This document shows positions 18,371 through 27,489 of a DNA stretch of 64,000 nucleotides, one piece after another. The translations under genes and the position numbers were made by a program. The stretch is from a virus. Taxonomy: Duplodnaviria; Heunggongvirae; Uroviricota; Caudoviricetes. The notes under the pieces were generated by a model. That model made no database searches and had not been told where the DNA came from. It saw nothing but the letters and a program-made list of their open reading frames with translations. The stretch's first letter is position 1. Every line of letters begins with the position of its first letter. The stretch lies in the IMG/VR virus record IMGVR_UViG_3300029305_002265; one strand, given 5' to 3'.

Positions 18371-19175
18371 CGCCTAAGCTTTTGTTGTATGTATTTATAT
18401 TATTTATTTTCTCCTTCAACTCTCGCTTGGTTGGAGCAGCGCCACAACATCTCTCTCCTTCAGGACACCAAAGCAAGTGTCTGCATTGAGGCACCAATTC
18501 CTGTGCAAATTCAGGAGACACAGCATAAACTGCAGCTTTCATCTTCTTTGCAAGTTCTTGAGCAAATTCCTGTGCTCTTGTACAAAGTCTCTTGTGGCAA
18601 AAGTGAATAAGGGCTTCAGGGGTAAAACCAATAACAAATTCTGTGGTTGTTGCACGAGGTAATACAAAATTTGCATCCTCTGTTGCAGCTTCTTTTGGAA
18701 CGCCATTTGCTTCGAGAATGCTTTTGATTTTCCTTCTCTTATCATTAATGATTCCCATAAGCTCATCATATTCCTGCTTCGCTTCGTCACATTCCATAAT
18801 ATCTTTGGGGGTTGCCCACTTAAATCCATCTTTATCAATATATCTGAAGGAAGCCATATTTTTTACAATCTGGTCGGGACTAACATCCTTGACAAGTTCG
18901 GAATAGTCGGCAAATGAATAATTGTCTTGGAATTCAAATGGAACAACCGTGCCAATTTCATGTCTTAATGACTGTTCCGAAGTTCCTCTGTCAAGCCCCG
19001 AAATACGAAACTTAATGTACTCACAACGGCTACCACTCATATGTCCGTCTGCAACGCAGCTTTTACCAACTCTCTCTGCATGTTTTTCAGGAGTGTCGTA
19101 ACAGGTGCAGGCAAACACGCCGTGGTTTTTATAAAGATTTACAAGTACTTCTGGATTTATAATTTCAACATTCAT
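18351..19175 (-). CDS. ThyX-like (flavin-dependent thymidylate synthase family) protein, divergent; start moved to the internal ATG after GGAGG
   Basis: Pattern GH.S…E…F.F.I.G..R….Q.LRH and the later LPRATTTEF…HFCHKRLCTRAQEFAQELA segment parallel ThyX, but the canonical RHR is RHE here. Confidence 0.4.
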   Translation of the reverse strand: MNVEIINPEVLVNLYKNHGVFACTCYDTPEKHAERVGKSCVADGHMSGSRCEYIKFRISGLDRGTSEQSLRHEIGTVVPFEFQDNYSFADYSELVKDVSPDQIVKNMASFRYIDKDGFKWATPKDIMECDEAKQEYDELMGIINDKRRKIKSILEANGVPKEAATEDANFVLPRATTTEFVIGFTPEALIHFCHKRLCTRAQEFAQELAKKMKAAVYAVSPEFAQELVPQCRHLLWCPEGERCCGAAPTKRELKEKINNINTYNKSLGGESNEH

Positions 19176-19322
19176 TTTCAAACCTCCACTTTTGTCACGC
19201 CATATTTTTCTAAGACGCATTCCACGCAACAAAATACTTCGCCTTCATCATTGACATAATACTCGTCGCTTTCGTTCGTAATTCTTTCACCGCAATTCTC
19301 GCAGTATCCGTAGAATTTAACC

Positions 19323-19667
19323 TCATCCATTGTTGCCATCTCCTTCCTCTAAGAACTTTTCTTTCTCATATAGAATGCCATGTTTAGGAGTACTCATAAT
19401 GATGTCCTGGGGAAGACGTCTCGGACCACGAGGGAACTCCTTGTAAGCTTCGTCCATTACGCTATCCCACTGAGGCTTGGTAAGTTCGCACATAACCTTG
19501 TCTCCATACACGGGACTACAATAAGGAAGGAATTGATGATCCGCATAATTAAAGTTATATCTGCGCTTGCGAATACGCTCAACCAATGCCTTCTTTCGGT
19601 CTTCGGTAAATGTAACTACTGGCAACCTGCCTGAAAAACAATCTGTCCATCCTACAACAGAACTCAT
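19323..19667 (-). CDS. Hypothetical protein (114 aa)
   Basis: ORF only. Confidence 0.3.
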   Translation of the reverse strand: MSSVVGWTDCFSGRLPVVTFTEDRKKALVERIRKRRYNFNYADHQFLPYCSPVYGDKVMCELTKPQWDSVMDEAYKEFPRGPRRLPQDIIMSTPKHGILYEKEKFLEEGDGNNG

Positions 19668-20431
19668 ATTTCATCTTCCTCCTGATCAAAATAATTTTTA
19701 ATTAATGTAAGTAGCGGCTCTCTTGTTAAATTTTCGCTCGCCCAAACAAGCCAACCTCTATCTGAAGCAGCAACCTCTGGAATTGTTTTCCCGTTGTGCT
19801 TTCCGAAATTAAGTTTGTATTCGTTGATATCGGGTAATTTCGGCTTATTCTCTTCTCCGTCGAATAAAATATGAATGTCACGCCGACTTGCAATATAGTC
19901 CGAAGTGTGAACAAGTTCTTGAACTAGAGTTTCAGGTGATGGTAAAACTACTTTACTTTTTTTGTTTGTAGTCCATTCTCCAGAATGCGAAGCTATGGCA
20001 TCTGCAATGATATCTCTTACATCCTGGCTTAAAATATCATTCAGTCGATCATCGCTTCTAACAAATTCAGAAGCCAAAACGGGATGAGGGTGAACTGAGA
20101 AACCAGTCTTATTTTCCAACCCATGTTTCAAGCAATCGTGTAACAATGCAGCACAAATCACACAATCCTTTTCGATATCATTTAACTTGCTTTTATACTG
20201 CTGCAAGTTGACGAGATAATTTGCCACTTTAGCAACTGCCTTTGTATGATATACAAGTCCACCAAATCCACACTCTAAGGCCGAATGAAACTGCCCCGAC
20301 GAAGAGGCTGGAACCTCAAAGAAATAATCTGGGACTAAAGTGACTGCCTTTTTGAAGAAACTCTTTACATCTTCTATCTCCATATAGGGGATCTCTTTTT
20401 CAAAGAGGGCAATCTTTTCTTCACTCGTCAT
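19664..20431 (-). CDS. HD-domain phosphohydrolase with a C-terminal short phage-type motif (FGKHNGKTIPEV…WLVW)
   Basis: HD metal-binding residues (H…HD…D) in …ALLHDCLKHG…; the C-terminal FGKHxGKT…WL motif is common in phage proteins. Confidence 0.55.
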   Translation of the reverse strand: MTSEEKIALFEKEIPYMEIEDVKSFFKKAVTLVPDYFFEVPASSSGQFHSALECGFGGLVYHTKAVAKVANYLVNLQQYKSKLNDIEKDCVICAALLHDCLKHGLENKTGFSVHPHPVLASEFVRSDDRLNDILSQDVRDIIADAIASHSGEWTTNKKSKVVLPSPETLVQELVHTSDYIASRRDIHILFDGEENKPKLPDINEYKLNFGKHNGKTIPEVAASDRGWLVWASENLTREPLLTLIKNYFDQEEDEI

Positions 20432-20729
20432 TAGAAACTTCCTCCGTAGTCAAATCATTTTGTACTGTTTCGTCCTGCTTTAACTGTACAGAAACAATCT
20501 CCATAACCCTTTTAATTGCTCGTTCAAAGTCTCTATGGCTCGACTTCATGCCGTCCTTGAGATTTTTCTCAATTGCCCCAGCAACTGCTGCCGAGACAAA
20601 ATAAGCCCCAATCTTCATACCATCGGTGCGAGTGCTTTCGAACCACTTCTCGATTAGTTCTCGCAACTCTTCTTCGGACGCTCCCTTAATTTCGGAAACT
20701 ACTTCTGACATTTTTGCGTTTTCTTCCAT
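20421..20729 (-). CDS. Hypothetical helical protein (102 aa)
   Basis: Promoter-proximal ORF with RBS AAAGGA. Confidence 0.35.
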   Translation of the reverse strand: MEENAKMSEVVSEIKGASEEELRELIEKWFESTRTDGMKIGAYFVSAAVAGAIEKNLKDGMKSSHRDFERAIKRVMEIVSVQLKQDETVQNDLTTEEVSNDE

Positions 20730-20776
20730 GTTAAAATCCTTTCTATTTTACTGTACAATCATTTTGTACTGTTAAT

Positions 20777-20840
20777 ATTATATCACTTTTATTTTATTTG
20801 TCAATACTTTCATTGGCTAGTTTACAATTTATTTACAATT
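20777..20840 (-). promoter_or_regulatory. Sigma70-type promoter (minus strand): TTGACA-N16-TATAAT with upstream TTGTAAATAAATTGTAAA repeats
   Basis: rc of 20799-20804 is TTGACA and rc of 20777-20782 is TATAAT; tandem TTGTAAAT at 20821-20840. Confidence 0.5.
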
Positions 20841-20986
20841 CTGCATCCATAATCTTCTTGAGCTCTTCAAGGATGTTCTCGTGGCTACCCCTTGAAAGAA
20901 CCCACTTGCCATCGATATATAAGTCATAGACGTGATCCTCACGCAGTTTAATAGTAAAATTGTGTACTGTTCTGTTTGCCATAATT

Positions 20987-22954
20987 TTATTCTCCTATCA
21001 TATTAAGAAATTCATCTTCGGTAATAATCGGTATATTTAGTTCGACTGCCTTCTTGTACTTACTACTGCCGCTCTGCTCATTTGTAATTAAGTAGTCTGT
21101 GTTCTTGCTAACTGAACCAGCAGCCTTCGCGCCAAGTTCGGCAATCTTTGCGTTAATACTGTCCCTAGTGAACGAGTTAAGCTTGCCCGTGACACATACT
21201 GTTTTGCCCATAAACGGATTTTCTTTTGCCTCTGTTTTCTTCTGAATAACGAACTTCATCTCAGACGCCAAATCAACGATTTCTGCCTCATTTTCCGTTA
21301 AGTACTTAGTGATATTTTGGTTTGTCTTGTCTCCGATGTCCGAGAGGTCTGCCCAATTATAATGGGTCTTAAATGCCTTATAAAACGCATCAAAATCACC
21401 ATTGAATGCATCGGCAATAGTCTTAGATGCAGACTTACCTACGCCATCTATCGAAAGAGCGCAGATGAAATTTTCAAGTTTAACATTTCTTGAATGATCT
21501 ATAGCATCAAGGATTTTGGCTACGGATTTTTCTCCAAAACCATCGAGCTGCTCCCACTCACGTCCGTGTTGATATAGATAATAAATATCTCTAAACTGTT
21601 TAATCCAACCTTTATCTATAAGAACCTCTAGAATCGCTTCGGAAAGTCCTTCAATATTCATTGCAGGCTTGGATACGAAGAACTTCAATCTACCCAATAA
21701 TTTGCCTAAGCAATTAGGGTTTTTACACATAAGTACTTCGGAAGCGTTCTCGGTCACCACTTCGGTTTCCTCTCCACAAACGGGACAGTACTTAGGGATT
21801 TTTATAGGAGAATCGCCATCCTGGAGGCATTCTTCTACTTGGGGAATAATTTCATTTCGTTTGCTGATTTTTACGGTACAATTATTGGTTAAACCAAGCT
21901 TCTTGATAATAGAAATGTTATGAAGCGATGCTCTTGAAATATCACATCCGTCGATCTGCACGGTTTCAAATACTGCCGTAGGAGTTAGAGCTCCCGTCTT
22001 ACCCATCGTCCACTCTACGTCTGTGAGTTTGGTTTCGTAGAGTTCATCGTAGAATTTATACGCCATACCACCCCTAAAGTGATGTCCCGTTCTACCAGCA
22101 GATTCATATTCTGAACACTTATTCCACTTAAATACAATGCCGTCAATTGGATACTGAGTATATTCATCATTAGCATTTTTAAGCCATCTCGCAGCATTGT
22201 CTAAATCCAGAACCGTAAAAGATATGATTTCAAAATTATAATCTATAAGTTCTGCTAGTTTTTTATTTAAAGTATTACACTTTGTATCACAGCCCTCGAT
22301 ACAATCCCATGCTACAAAGGTTAGTTTTCTTTTAGCACATTCCTTACTATCAAGCAATCTAATGCTTCCAGAGGCAAAGTTTCTAGCGTTTTTATATTCT
22401 CCTTCAAACTCCTTAAAATCATCATGTTTGCAAACGATCTCGCCATCAACTATGAGTCTACCTTTATGAGGAATTCTCTTAGGAATAGAAGGAATAACCA
22501 TAGCGTTGTGAGTAACATCCTCGCCAATTTCGCCGTCACCACGAGTCTCTGCTCTTACAAGCCGACCGTTCTCATACAGAAGTGAGCATGTCAAACCGTC
22601 CAACTTCAACATAGCAATCCAATCTCTGTTGCCAATGAAAGACTTGATTTCCTCAATGTCCTTAGTCTTGTCGAGCGACAACATAGGATGATTATGCTTA
22701 ACCTTCTGTAGTTCATTAACAACGGTATAGTTTACCTTCTGAGTGGGCGAGTTAGGCAGAATATATCCCCTCTCGTGTTCAAGCGCCACAAGCTCAAAAT
22801 ACATATCATCCCACTCTTTGTCGCTAATTTCGGGAGTGCCCTTATCATAAAGCTCTGTGTGTTTGTTTAGTTCTGCAACCAAATATTCAACTCTTGCTTT
22901 TGTGTCAAACTTTTCCATTTTCTTTCTCCTTAATGTACTTTTCCATTTCTTCAA
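20987..22954 (-). CDS. ligA: NAD+-dependent DNA ligase
   Basis: Adenylation motif KLDG (…AMLKLDGLT…), 655 aa, OB/Zn/HhH/BRCT-like C-terminus. Confidence 0.9.
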   Translation of the reverse strand: MKKWKSTLRRKKMEKFDTKARVEYLVAELNKHTELYDKGTPEISDKEWDDMYFELVALEHERGYILPNSPTQKVNYTVVNELQKVKHNHPMLSLDKTKDIEEIKSFIGNRDWIAMLKLDGLTCSLLYENGRLVRAETRGDGEIGEDVTHNAMVIPSIPKRIPHKGRLIVDGEIVCKHDDFKEFEGEYKNARNFASGSIRLLDSKECAKRKLTFVAWDCIEGCDTKCNTLNKKLAELIDYNFEIISFTVLDLDNAARWLKNANDEYTQYPIDGIVFKWNKCSEYESAGRTGHHFRGGMAYKFYDELYETKLTDVEWTMGKTGALTPTAVFETVQIDGCDISRASLHNISIIKKLGLTNNCTVKISKRNEIIPQVEECLQDGDSPIKIPKYCPVCGEETEVVTENASEVLMCKNPNCLGKLLGRLKFFVSKPAMNIEGLSEAILEVLIDKGWIKQFRDIYYLYQHGREWEQLDGFGEKSVAKILDAIDHSRNVKLENFICALSIDGVGKSASKTIADAFNGDFDAFYKAFKTHYNWADLSDIGDKTNQNITKYLTENEAEIVDLASEMKFVIQKKTEAKENPFMGKTVCVTGKLNSFTRDSINAKIAELGAKAAGSVSKNTDYLITNEQSGSSKYKKAVELNIPIITEDEFLNMIGE

Positions 22955-23080
22955 TCAGATCCACAACGCCTTGGAAGTCTGCTGCCAGATTGTCAAAGCT
23001 AATGCGTTTGAAGTACTCAACCTTCTCCAGATACTTTTCCTTCTGCTCATTAAGATGTTCTAATGTCATTTTGTTCTCCT

Positions 23081-23368
23081 TTAATCTTCATCGCCAAGTT
23101 CCATTGGCGTATAACATTCTTCACAAATTCTTTCACCGTTTGTTAGTTTGATATAGTCGCTAGTTATCCATTCGCCGCAAACATTACACTCGTGAGCCTC
23201 AACGTATGCGCCTCCGCAATAAGGACAGCAATCATATTCTTCGTAAGGACCATAATCCAATCCGTGAGTGTTTACATAATGCTCGGGCTCTTCAAAAACG
23301 CGAAAACATTCTTTGCATACTAACATGATTTTCCTCCAATCATTTTGCTTTGTATATATTATACTCAT
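23081..23368 (-). CDS. Small zinc-finger-like protein (95 aa, four CxxC pairs)
   Basis: CKEC…CPYCGG…CNVCGE…CEEC. Confidence 0.35.
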   Translation of the reverse strand: MSIIYTKQNDWRKIMLVCKECFRVFEEPEHYVNTHGLDYGPYEEYDCCPYCGGAYVEAHECNVCGEWITSDYIKLTNGERICEECYTPMELGDED

Positions 23369-23410
23369 TTTTTTAAATTTGTCAAGGGTATAATGAAATT
23401 ATTTACAATT
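23358..23410 (-). promoter_or_regulatory. Sigma70-type promoter TTGACA-N16-TATAAT with an upstream TTGTAAATAA element
   Basis: rc of 23380-23385 is TTGACA and rc of 23358-23363 is TATAAT; followed by the conserved CAAAATGATTGGAGG leader. Confidence 0.5.
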
Positions 23411-23441
23411 CGTTCAAAAAAGAGTGCTAAACAGCACCCTC

Positions 23442-24221
23442 CTATAACTTCTTTGTGTAAGTTAGGCAGATCCAGCCCACACCAGACTTTAGCCTTCCCC
23501 AAACATCGTTGCCAACAACCTTTTCTTCTACTATTGTATAAACCTCATTCTTTTTAACTGTTGTTACAACGTTGTGGTTTGTTCCAGCACCCTTTCTTAC
23601 ATTCAACACATCAGTTGTCACTCTAACTAAATATCTTGCCTGTACGCTCAAGAACGACTCTACTAACTTCCTAAAATCATTCATAGTCTTGCCGTGCTTC
23701 TTAAACCAATGCTCTGGATCTGCATGGTTTGATGCATAACCTTTTCTGTATGCTTCACAGTGCCCTACTATGGTCGCAGGATGAAGATTAAACTGTTTGC
23801 AAAGCATAGCGCAGTACTCTGCCGCAGTACTAAATACCGCATTAAAGTAATTCTTGTTTGTTAAATCGTCCTCGCACATCTCAATCTGTATATGACCAGT
23901 CGGGTTATAGTTATAGCTTCCGTGTTTTCCTCTACCGCATCCCCAGCAGGCATAATTGTATGGCAGAATATTCGCCACTCTTACCTTGTTGTATTTGTCA
24001 TACCCTATAAAACTATGTACGCATTGCTCCCCTATTTTGCTAGATGGATTGTTCCAATGATTGTTGTACCAGTTCTTGCCGCACTCAGACGGACAATCTA
24101 CGTATCTTTTTAAATTTGGGTTGTTTGCCCCTGTGCTATGTAATACAATTCCTACTGGTGTCATTGGTTGCTTAATCACATAGCAATCGTTCTTTGTAGC
24201 ATAAGCTGTAATAATATTCAA
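23442..24221 (-). CDS. Endolysin: N-acetylmuramoyl-L-alanine amidase (Amidase_2/PGRP) + C-terminal SH3b cell-wall-binding domain; TTG start
   Basis: N-terminal IVLHSTG… amidase_2-like; C-terminal ~60 aa SH3b-like (YLVRVTTDVLNVRKGAGTNHNVV…GWICLTY). Confidence 0.7.
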   Translation of the reverse strand: MNIITAYATKNDCYVIKQPMTPVGIVLHSTGANNPNLKRYVDCPSECGKNWYNNHWNNPSSKIGEQCVHSFIGYDKYNKVRVANILPYNYACWGCGRGKHGSYNYNPTGHIQIEMCEDDLTNKNYFNAVFSTAAEYCAMLCKQFNLHPATIVGHCEAYRKGYASNHADPEHWFKKHGKTMNDFRKLVESFLSVQARYLVRVTTDVLNVRKGAGTNHNVVTTVKKNEVYTIVEEKVVGNDVWGRLKSGVGWICLTYTKKL

Positions 24222-24266
24222 AAAACCACATCCTTATATAATCATTTTGTCTTGTTGACATTTTTG

Positions 24267-24296
24267 ATTATATCATAGGATGTGGATTTGTGTCAA
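24267..24296 (-). promoter_or_regulatory. Sigma70-type promoter TTGACA-N18-TATAAT for the endolysin
   Basis: rc of 24291-24296 is TTGACA and rc of 24267-24272 is TATAAT. Confidence 0.4.
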
Positions 24297-24731
24297 TTAT
24301 TTTGTATTGTGAATTTTCTTAGCCTGCTCTCCGAGGAAATTTGCATCTGATTCAAACCAGATAGAATAGTAGTCGGGAAGTTCATTTAAATCCTTTACTT
24401 CACTCATAACTATCAATTTACGATACCACCATCTTACTACGGAGGGGATGCCGATGATAAACGGGAAGAGTGGACCGAAGATGCAACTCTGAATGGCGTG
24501 GCCATGTTCGTGCCACTTGGTAAATTCGCTATCCCTGTCATCTATCACCATTACGGGCCCAAAGCTTACGCCGCCCCAATTGTGACCGACATTGAAGCAC
24601 ATGCAATTACCCCAACGCTTAGGTTTGTGACTAGTAATAACGAGGGCGAGAGCAACGATGGCTCCAATGATTGTCATAATGGAGCCCCAAGTGAACGACA
24701 AAAGATAGAATAAAAATTTGTTGCGCATCAT
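24297..24731 (-). CDS. Small polytopic membrane protein with an HExxH-like (HEHGH) motif; start moved to the internal MM, because the ORF-track N-terminus runs into a tRNA gene
   Basis: RBS AGGAGCG before the ATG at 24731; two or three TM helices; WHEHGHAIQ. Confidence 0.4.
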   Translation of the reverse strand: MMRNKFLFYLLSFTWGSIMTIIGAIVALALVITSHKPKRWGNCMCFNVGHNWGGVSFGPVMVIDDRDSEFTKWHEHGHAIQSCIFGPLFPFIIGIPSVVRWWYRKLIVMSEVKDLNELPDYYSIWFESDANFLGEQAKKIHNTK

Positions 24732-24832
24732 AAATTTAACGCTCCTTATATAATTTGGTCGAATATGTCCGATTCGAACGGCTCCCCGTGCTTCCAATGC
24801 ACGTATGCTACCATTACACCACATACTCGATA

Positions 24833-24908
24833 TGGCTGGCGATGTAGGATTTGAACCTACGAATAACGGAGTCAAAGTCCGCAGTGTTGACCGCTTCACC
24901 AATCGCCA
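24833..24908 (-). tRNA. tRNA-Gln (anticodon TTG), CCA encoded
   Basis: Hand-folded cloverleaf: acceptor TGGCGAT/ATCGCCA, anticodon loop CTTTGAC, T-arm GTAGG-TTCAAAT-CCTAC. Confidence 0.7.
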
Positions 24909-25058
24909 GTATAGATGGCGATTCTTAACTCTTTCGAGAGGCCAATCGCCTTAGCCTTGAGCCGTCTGTTCCCAGCAGATGACTCACTGAATTGTGAAGC
25001 GTATTGCTTCAATAAAAATGTGATTAAATCGTGCGAGGTTCCGTCTTAGAACTTCTGC

Positions 25059-25148
25059 TGGCGCAAAGGGAGGGATTCGAACCCTCGGACTCCGAAGAGT
25101 CGCCGCGTTAGCAGTGCGGTGCAATCGACCAGACTCTGCCACCTTTGC
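25059..25148 (-). tRNA. tRNA-Ser (anticodon GCT), long variable arm, CCA encoded
   Basis: Acceptor GCAAAGG/CCTTTGC, anticodon loop CTGCTAA, variable hairpin GACTC-TTCG-GAGTC, T-arm GAGGG-TTCGAAT-CCCTC. Confidence 0.7.
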
Positions 25149-25654
25149 ATATGAATACGGTTAACTTTCCTCAAGATGACGATCCAAGGAGATTTGAACT
25201 CAGTTCACCGTAAGCATCACACCACGCCAATGCTTAAGACCGCCATATGTAAGAAGAAAGTATAAGTGTCCTTAAGGAACCTTTTCTACACTGGTAGATA
25301 GGCAATTTCACCAAGCAGTATGCCTTAACACAGTACACTACACTCCCTCTGCTTGGGTTTCATTGGGCTGTTCATCTAACTCCATTTCACCACTGCTGCT
25401 ATCTCCTTGTTATACTCATTACAGCAAGAATTTCTTCTTCATTCGAGTTCCTTTTGTGTAACGCCAACACCAAATGCGTCTACCAATCGGAAGGCTTCGT
25501 GGCACCCAACTTAACTTCCTTGATTAGGCGCAAGGGAACGCCACACTTAAGCAGGCGGATATTCCTCCGCAGTAGAATTTCTCATGACCAAATCCTCCTT
25601 TGCTAAGTATCGTAAGCTTTTGAGCTTGTTTTTGTCCTTACGGACTGGAGCGAT

Positions 25655-25765
25655 AGGCTAGATTCGAACTAGCATGTCTACCAAGACTTAAACGGAATCG
25701 AACCGCACGGGCTATAACCCCACTTTACCATTATAGTTTACTATCGCGCATGCCCCACACTTAAC
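25655..25765 (-). pseudogene. tRNA-like element: acceptor-like pairing GCGATAG/CTATCGC + T-arm GCTAG-TTCGAAT-CTAGC + TCCA, but about 100 nt long with no canonical D/anticodon arms. Possible tRNA pseudogene, intron-containing tRNA or other tRNA-like RNA
   Basis: Read on the minus strand; the internal segment has a second TTCGATT T-loop-like motif. Confidence 0.25.
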
Positions 25766-26044
25766 GCTAACAGACTCCTACTGACCAGTGGGCTACGGCT
25801 ATGACATTACTTCATTCTGCTTCGAAGGGACATTTGTTATCCGCATTTCCTTACGGGCAAGACCTGCTTTCACCCATTTGCAATTGGGTTTCTTTTAATA
25901 ATCCTTCGGCTTAACCCCGCCTACCACGCGGGTGCTTTATTTCGAATTACGCATTCTTACTTGCGTACCATTAACCTACAACGCTATTCGACAGGGTTGT
26001 TATAATTTTTTACTAGCAGACCTTAACAACTTATCATACTGCCC

Positions 26045-26120
26045 TGGTGAGTCTGGAGAGATTCGAACTCTCGACCCCGTGATTAAAAGTCACGTGCTCT
26101 GCCAACTGAGCTACAGACTC
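26045..26120 (-). tRNA. tRNA-Lys (anticodon TTT), CCA encoded
   Basis: GAGTCTG acceptor, D-arm TAGCTCAGTTGGCAGAGC, anticodon arm CGTGA-CTTTTAA-TCACG, T-arm GAGAG-TTCGAAT-CTCTC. Confidence 0.85.
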
Positions 26121-26129
26121 ATATAAAGT

Positions 26130-26180
26130 GAGATTTCTAAAACCCTCCACAGTGGGAAACTCCATCTCGATGTTTTTTTA
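26130..26180. ncRNA. Conserved hairpin element 1 (GAGATTTCTAAAACC…GGAAACTCCATCTC + T-run), paralogue of 26392-26440
   Basis: Shares stem position, TCTAAAACC and GGAAACT loop blocks and a trailing T-run with element 2; sits between tRNA-Leu(TAG) and tRNA-Lys. Confidence 0.4.
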
Positions 26181-26209
26181 TTACAGGAGGTGATCGTATG
26201 ATGTACGAA

Positions 26210-26294
26210 TGGTGCAGATACTGGGATTCCAACCCAGACGCCTTGCAGCAATAGATCCTAAGTCTATCGTGTCTTGCAGTTCCACCATATCTGC
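26210..26294 (-). tRNA. tRNA-Leu (anticodon TAG), long variable arm, CCA encoded
   Basis: Acceptor GCAGATA/TATCTGC, anticodon arm ATAGA-CTTAGGA-TCTAT, T-arm CTGGG-TTGGAAT-CCCAG. Confidence 0.7.
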
Positions 26295-26298
26295 ATAT

Positions 26299-26383
26299 TG
26301 GTGCGAATGGTGGGACTTGAACCCACACGCTTTATAGCAATGGTGTTTGAGACCACATCGTCTGCCAATTCCGACACACTCGC
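26299..26383 (-). tRNA. tRNA-Leu (anticodon CAA), long variable arm, CCA encoded
   Basis: Acceptor GCGAGTG/CATTCGC, anticodon arm GTGGT-CTCAAAC-ACCAT, T-arm GTGGG-TTCAAGT-CCCAC. Confidence 0.7.
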
Positions 26384-26391
26384 ATATAGAT

Positions 26392-26440
26392 GAGACGTCT
26401 AAAACCTACTGCAATAGGAAACTTCGTCTCAAGTTTTTTT
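26392..26440. ncRNA. Conserved hairpin element 2 (GAGACGTCTAAAACC…GGAAACTTCGTCTC + T-run)
   Basis: See element 1; located just upstream (minus sense) of tRNA-Leu(CAA). Confidence 0.4.
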
Positions 26441-26591
26441 AACTTTTGGAGGTCTGACGTGCAAACAAATCTCGCTACGTGCTCTCCCTAACAGCGTACA
26501 ACTCCTTACGAGCGTGGGTGTTGCCCTCTTACGAGGTCGCAGGGTTACTGGTTTGGAGAGCGCCTACTACTAACCCTTTTTCGATAGTTAT

Positions 26592-27089
26592 TTATGACAA
26601 GAAATTTTTCGACTTATATTTATGTATGTTCTTGCCCTTATAATTGTCGGTTAAGGCATGACAATTAGGACATAATAATTGTAAATTTTCTATATTGTTA
26701 TTTTCTTTATTTCCATCTTTATGATGTACTTCAAGTGGTATAGGAACATTATTCCATAATGTATTTTTACAACACTCACAAATATGTTCTTTAAGTCCCT
26801 CGCGAAGAAGTTTCTTTCTTATTTTGTTGGTTTGAACATTTTTACTTTTAATATATTCATTAAATGGAACATATCTATCACTTTCATAAGTTTTTCCAGA
26901 TAACCAACCTTGTCCAGTGAAATGAGATATATCGAGATTTAATTCTTGAATCATTGATTGCAAAGTTATATAACTAGAACCGCACTTACTGTATCCTAAT
27001 TTTTGAGATAATGTTGACCAACTATAACTTTCTTTTACATATTGTTCAATCTCTTGTCTGGTGTAATTTCTCCATTTTGCTTTCTTCAT
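26592..27089 (-). mobile_element. HNH homing endonuclease (165 aa) inserted in the tRNA island
   Basis: C-terminal HNH motif EVHHKDGNKENNNIENLQLLCPNCH; N-terminal DNA-binding-like region; AT-rich relative to its flanks; homing endonucleases typically sit in phage tRNA clusters. Confidence 0.75.
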
Positions 27090-27489
27090 ATGATACCCTC
27101 TTCAATATAATTTAAAGAGTAATTTTTCAGGTATCTTTTATCGCATCTTTTATAGAAAAACTACTGCCTTTCGGCTGGTAGGGCGAGAGGGATTCGAACC
27201 CTCAAAACACGGATTTTTGGTGGAAGACCCAAGAATTGAACTCAGACCTCGTTACTAGATTATTGTGCTTCCGTTACACCAATCTCCCAAGTCCGCTGTC
27301 TCTGCCAGTTTGACTACCGCCCCGTTTTGTTTTGTTTGATTGAGCCATCGGACTTCCACCGATGGGATGTGTGGTGAGCTTCGTGTTTGCAACCACTTCT
27401 CACGGTCTTTTTAATCCATCCACTTGCGACCAACATTTTAATTAATTTACACACATTTTTCATATCTTGTACTTTTAAGAGATTTTCTT

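Noticed and set aside
23386-23395. Plus-strand TATAAT at 23389-23394
   Set aside because: No -35 partner and no downstream plus-strand gene; the same sequence region serves the minus-strand promoter.
25150-25260. Possible sixth tRNA signalled by GGAGATTTGAACTC
   Set aside because: Flanks do not give pairable acceptor or anticodon stems; it folds only as a long AAGCAT…ATGCTT hairpin.
25560-25600. 12-codon mini-ORF (MRNSTAEEYPPA) with perfect RBS on the minus strand inside the tRNA island
   Set aside because: Too short and without context to call. It could be a leader peptide or chance; mentioned only.
25932-26328. ORF-track ORFs 25932-26126 (+) and 26137-26328 (-)
   Set aside because: They lie directly over well-folded tRNA-Lys and tRNA-Leu genes, have no RBS and low-complexity translations; treated as spurious.
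24900-26600. tmRNA, RNase P RNA or group I intron in the ORF-free stretch
   Set aside because: No tag-peptide reading frame ending in ALAA-like codons, no GGAAAGTCC-type RNase P core and no obvious P7-like intron core were found by eye. Left as an unexplained structured region; needs Rfam.
27165-27320. tRNA suggested by the perfect T-arm GAGGGTTCGAATCCCTC + TCGCCCT-A-CCA
   Set aside because: No complementary 5-prime acceptor (AGGGCGA) within 120 nt. The neighbouring CCACCA-terminated unit is only about 55 nt. Recorded as tRNA-like debris rather than a gene.
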